Origin: Candidatus Woesearchaeota archaeon
Lineage (GTDB): Archaea > Nanobdellota > Nanobdellia > Pacearchaeales > GW2011-AR1
Assembly: GCA_964527365.1 (NCBI GenBank)
Contig: CAZGQV010000003.1
Span: forward strand, 8,668-72,667
Reading direction: 5' to 3'
Length of the DNA: 64,000 nucleotides
The number at the start of each line of letters is the position of its first letter. Within the stretch, counting starts at the first letter, position 1. Under the pieces are notes generated by a model. It was not told the origin of the DNA and did not search any database. It worked only from the letters and a program-made list of their open reading frames with translations. The position numbers and the translations under genes were made by a program. Positions 60,784-64,000 of this stretch are shown here, piece after piece.

Positions 60784-62916
60784 CTAAACAGCTTGGCCAT
60801 TACGAACAGCCTTGAATTGTAAATTATTTTTATAAACTCCTGCCGGTTGTGAAGCTGGAGCATCCAAGTAAAATTTCATATAAACCATGGAAGTTGCAAT
60901 ATTTTGTGCAATTAAAACATAGTTTGTCGTCATAGTAACTTTGCTAGGTGCTGTTACATTCGAATCATTCAAACTTATTGCATAAGTTTCATTTGCAAGC
61001 CCTAAATTATCCAAAGCCAAATTAAACAAATCACCATCAGCCCTAACATAAATATCGACAAGTGTGTTCGTTGCAGAAACATTCAAATAATAATCAGTAG
61101 AATCATTTAAATTATTCCCAATAGCATCCAAATCATCAGCAGGTAAAGTCAATAAATCCCAAAGGACCCCCTCTGAAAGTTCCTCAGACATAGAAATAGA
61201 AATTGCAGCCTCGTTCTCAATTGAAAAATTTACATAAGTAGAATTCCAATTTGAAGAAGTATCGCTACAATAATACCATAAACCATGATCTCCTGGCCCC
61301 AAAGTTATATCTAAATAAGTAAAATGTGTAACATTAGTTTGATTCATTGTAACATTACCATTCAAATCTAAATTGTATAAACACATGCTCCCTGGCTCAT
61401 TTAATGAAACATTAAAGAAAATATTTAAAATGGTATAATTGTTATTATTAATTGGGCTTTCAACATAAATTATTGGGGGAGTAATATCAATGATTTCCAA
61501 TTCATTTGAATCAATTGCATTAGAAGAATCACTAAGATCATAAACTTTCATCGAACATTTCCAAATATCTCCCAATGTTAAATTTCCATTTCCTAAAATA
61601 GAACCCAAAGTTGTTCCATTATTAATTCCGGTATGATTAACAATTAATTGTGAAACATTATTTTTTGAAAAATTAACTTCCACCGTCAACGAATCATTAT
61701 TATCAGCATCACTAATAAATCCCGTACAATTCAAATCAGTATCACTTTCATTTCTTCCATTCAAAGAATATAAATTAACAGAAGTTGGATCAATCGGAAC
61801 AGCATTGATAATTGTGAGTTCATTACTTAAAACTGTTAACCCATCGCCAAAAACATCGTTAGGTGTTGCTGCAACTTGCCAAGTTTCTCCCATCACTGTT
61901 TCTTGTGAAACCAATTTTTCCGAATGATGTCCAGCTAAACCTGCTTGATAATTTGTTTGAATTTGTTCCAGAGATAAAACCTTATCAAATATTTGAACTT
62001 CATCAAGTGAACCATTAAAATAATATCCGTCATGAAGTTTACCAACATAAACAGGATTTGTTGAAGAGAAAATATCTCCTACAGCATCATCATTAATTGT
62101 AACCCCTTGCTCAACTCCATTAAAATAAATTTTCTTTACAAAATTATTATACTTAACAACCACATAAGTCCATTGATTTGAATTCAAAGTCGAAGTAGAA
62201 GTAAATCTAATTTTACTTGAACCCAAATTTGTTCCTTCAAATCTCACTTGATTATTCGTTAAATGAACATTCCATTCAACCCCTCTATTTTTATCAACGA
62301 TTCCCGCAATTTGAGATTCGAAAGGATTAATCCAAAAACTAATTGTCAATTCAGACATTCCCTTCAAACTACTACTGTCATCAATATTAATATAATCATT
62401 AACTCCATCAAATTCATAACATCCACCAACCTGACAATCTGAACTCCATATCGGAACATTACTTGTAACTCCAGCTCCAAGAGTCCCATTATTTTCATAA
62501 GTTGAATAATCCCTCACATTTCCTTTAACTTTCCTTGTATCAAAAGGCATATTCAAAACAGCAATAGAATTTCCCTCAACCCTCCAATCAGTTATATTTG
62601 TTATTGCATCTTCGTCGTCATCAATTGAATCATAACTTATACTCAAATTTTCATTTGTAGTATCCGTCCCACTTGAAGAAGTCAAAATCAAATTTGATAA
62701 AACAGGCAAAACATTTGTTGAAAAGAAAAATCCTTCCAAATAAGTATTGGGATTAATGATAAAATTATTACTTCCCCCAGAATTTATCGAAAGAATATCT
62801 GCAGAAACCAAAGAAAATAACAAAATCATTCCAATAATTATAAAATATTTTAGTTTCATTTTATCATTTCCAAACCTTGGAAACTCCCGAACGATAATCA
62901 TAACAAATTTCTCCAA
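60784..62916 (-). CDS. large secreted protein with a LamG/concanavalin-A-like lectin domain and a C-terminal module homologous to the two small paralogs
   Basis: Signal peptide (LKYFIIIGMILLFSLVSA). LamG-like core YEFDGVNDYINIDDSSSL...LTISFWINPF...NQWTYVVVKYNNFVKKIYFNGVEQ...LDEVQIFDKVLS. The C-terminus is ...LGLANETY...YMKFYLDAPASQPAGVYKNNLQFKAVRNGQAV. Confidence 0.6.
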   Translation of the reverse strand: MEKFVMIIVREFPRFGNDKMKLKYFIIIGMILLFSLVSADILSINSGGSNNFIINPNTYLEGFFFSTNVLPVLSNLILTSSSGTDTTNENLSISYDSIDDDEDAITNITDWRVEGNSIAVLNMPFDTRKVKGNVRDYSTYENNGTLGAGVTSNVPIWSSDCQVGGCYEFDGVNDYINIDDSSSLKGMSELTISFWINPFESQIAGIVDKNRGVEWNVHLTNNQVRFEGTNLGSSKIRFTSTSTLNSNQWTYVVVKYNNFVKKIYFNGVEQGVTINDDAVGDIFSSTNPVYVGKLHDGYYFNGSLDEVQIFDKVLSLEQIQTNYQAGLAGHHSEKLVSQETVMGETWQVAATPNDVFGDGLTVLSNELTIINAVPIDPTSVNLYSLNGRNESDTDLNCTGFISDADNNDSLTVEVNFSKNNVSQLIVNHTGINNGTTLGSILGNGNLTLGDIWKCSMKVYDLSDSSNAIDSNELEIIDITPPIIYVESPINNNNYTILNIFFNVSLNEPGSMCLYNLDLNGNVTMNQTNVTHFTYLDITLGPGDHGLWYYCSDTSSNWNSTYVNFSIENEAAISISMSEELSEGVLWDLLTLPADDLDAIGNNLNDSTDYYLNVSATNTLVDIYVRADGDLFNLALDNLGLANETYAISLNDSNVTAPSKVTMTTNYVLIAQNIATSMVYMKFYLDAPASQPAGVYKNNLQFKAVRNGQAV

Positions 62917-64000
62917 TAGGAAAAATATCCCCTTCTGGAGTAGTTGACATCAAATCCGTTCCATCAATATTTTTAATACATAAATTTCCAGCTGTGCAAG
63001 CTTGGCTCATTTTTGTAAAAGTTCCTAAAGTCACCAGATCACAAGTTGAATTAATATAAGAATTTGTAACCCCATTTGTGAAATTATTAATGACAAATGA
63101 TCCAGAAGGAGCAGTTAATGGTCCATCTTCTCTCATCCAAATTTCTCCATAAAGAATTACAAATCCAGAAGTATTAATCGCAAAACAAACATCTCCTGCA
63201 GTATTTTTAATTTCAAAAACATCTTGACCATCAAAATTAGCAGGACACCCACTAGCGGGAGCAACACAAGCGCCAGCAGTACAATTATCACTTGCACAAT
63301 TATCATCATCACAACAACTTTGTCCAGTAGTTCTAGAACTATCAATAACACAACCTAAAGAATATGTGTTACAAACTAAACCATTTGTAGTATATCCTGT
63401 AGAACCCACATCACTATCACAAACATTCCCATTAGAACAAGAAGTCATTGTTCCATAATAATTAGTACCAGTATAACAAACGTCAACAGTATCACAACTC
63501 CCTTCAAAAACACAAACTCCATCTTGCTCATAACTTGATCCAACATTTGAATCACAAGAATATTCTGAAGTATAACCACACAAAGAACAATTTTTCTTAT
63601 AAACTCCCCCAGAACCAATACATACATCTCCTGAATCACAATCAACATCTGTAGTTGCAACTCCATCATATGCACAAATTCCATTATTATGATAAGCTGG
63701 ACCAACATCAGCATCACATTCATAAGCTGAATTAGGTTGAGCATCATTTTCAATCTCATAACAATCAGTATATCTTAATCCGGCAGAACTGGGACTAGCA
63801 ACTTCATCTTTATCACAAGACCAAGTCCCAGCATAATTTCTTGCACAAGTTCCACTTTGATAATTATCATAGGTATTCGAATTATCACTACACCGATCAT
63901 CATTAAAAGTAGAATTACAACCAGACCAACAAACCGCTTCAATACAAAATCCCCCAGTACATTCATCCCCATAAGTACACGATTCTCCATTCGATAAAAG
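62864..64000 (-). CDS. Cys-rich secreted protein (5' partial; the reading frame is open to the window edge)
   Basis: No in-frame stop is found between 63583 and 64000 on the minus strand. The translation is dominated by C, D, G, S, T and N, with recurring C-D-[SA]-[DN]-V-G modules. The listed start at 63583 is a non-ATG codon inside a longer ORF. Confidence 0.45.
   Translation of the reverse strand, partial: LLSNGESCTYGDECTGGFCIEAVCWSGCNSTFNDDRCSDNSNTYDNYQSGTCARNYAGTWSCDKDEVASPSSAGLRYTDCYEIENDAQPNSAYECDADVGPAYHNNGICAYDGVATTDVDCDSGDVCIGSGGVYKKNCSLCGYTSEYSCDSNVGSSYEQDGVCVFEGSCDTVDVCYTGTNYYGTMTSCSNGNVCDSDVGSTGYTTNGLVCNTYSLGCVIDSSRTTGQSCCDDDNCASDNCTAGACVAPASGCPANFDGQDVFEIKNTAGDVCFAINTSGFVILYGEIWMREDGPLTAPSGSFVINNFTNGVTNSYINSTCDLVTLGTFTKMSQACTAGNLCIKNIDGTDLMSTTPEGDIFPIGEICYDYRSGVSKVWK

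Noticed and set aside
63157-63990. Minus-strand ORFs 63157..63351, 63445..63759 and 63775..63990 (M/L/V/I-rich)
   Set aside because: These are alternative frames of the long Cys-rich gene that runs to the window edge. Their hydrophobic low-complexity translations are artefacts of reading Cys/Asp/Gly-rich codons (tgt/gat/ggt) out of frame.

Overview
This window is AT-rich (roughly 30% GC by eye) and densely packed with short archaeal-type genes, consistent with a small-genome archaeon, possibly DPANN-like.

The housekeeping content is clear and diagnostic:
- Translation and transcription: aIF2-gamma, ribosomal proteins S6e, S27ae, S24e, L24e, S28e and L7Ae, Spt4, RNA polymerase E' (Rpo7), Kae1, a Dph6-like PP-loop ATPase, and histidyl-tRNA synthetase immediately downstream of a tRNA-His(GUG).
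- Chromosome maintenance: ScpA, DNA gyrase B and A with two small genes between them, exonuclease III, a partial RecJ-like DHH nuclease at the left edge, a Cas4-like standalone nuclease, and a SWIM-SNF2 helicase.
- An Fe-S cluster assembly island containing an ArsR-type regulator, IscS and IscU.
- Peroxiredoxin, a cold-shock protein, and cell-surface glycan enzymes.

Two other general features stand out. Most genes appear leaderless, with a recurring AAAnTTTATAA box 22 to 26 nt upstream of the start codon. Many six-frame ORFs that lie antisense to strong genes are low-complexity and were rejected.

The most interesting candidates are:
1. A co-directional block of six secreted or surface genes on the minus strand (57.3 kb to the window end). 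Three of these proteins share a previously unrecognised C-terminal module of about 110 aa. One carries a LamG/ConA-like lectin domain, and the last is a partial Cys-rich protein. This reads as a putative surface filament or adhesin system.
2. A translationally coupled three-gene operon encoding an HTH-like protein, a RelA/SpoT-type HD hydrolase (a small alarmone hydrolase) and a PIN-like protein.
3. A gene with a perfect 63-bp tandem repeat encoding a Lys/Val-rich tail.
4. Two tandem RRM RNA-binding proteins with Shine-Dalgarno sites and structured leaders.
5. A GC-rich intergenic element that may be a small RNA.
6. A local duplication that looks like an insertion footprint.

No CRISPR arrays, rRNA genes, transposases or integrases were recognisable.
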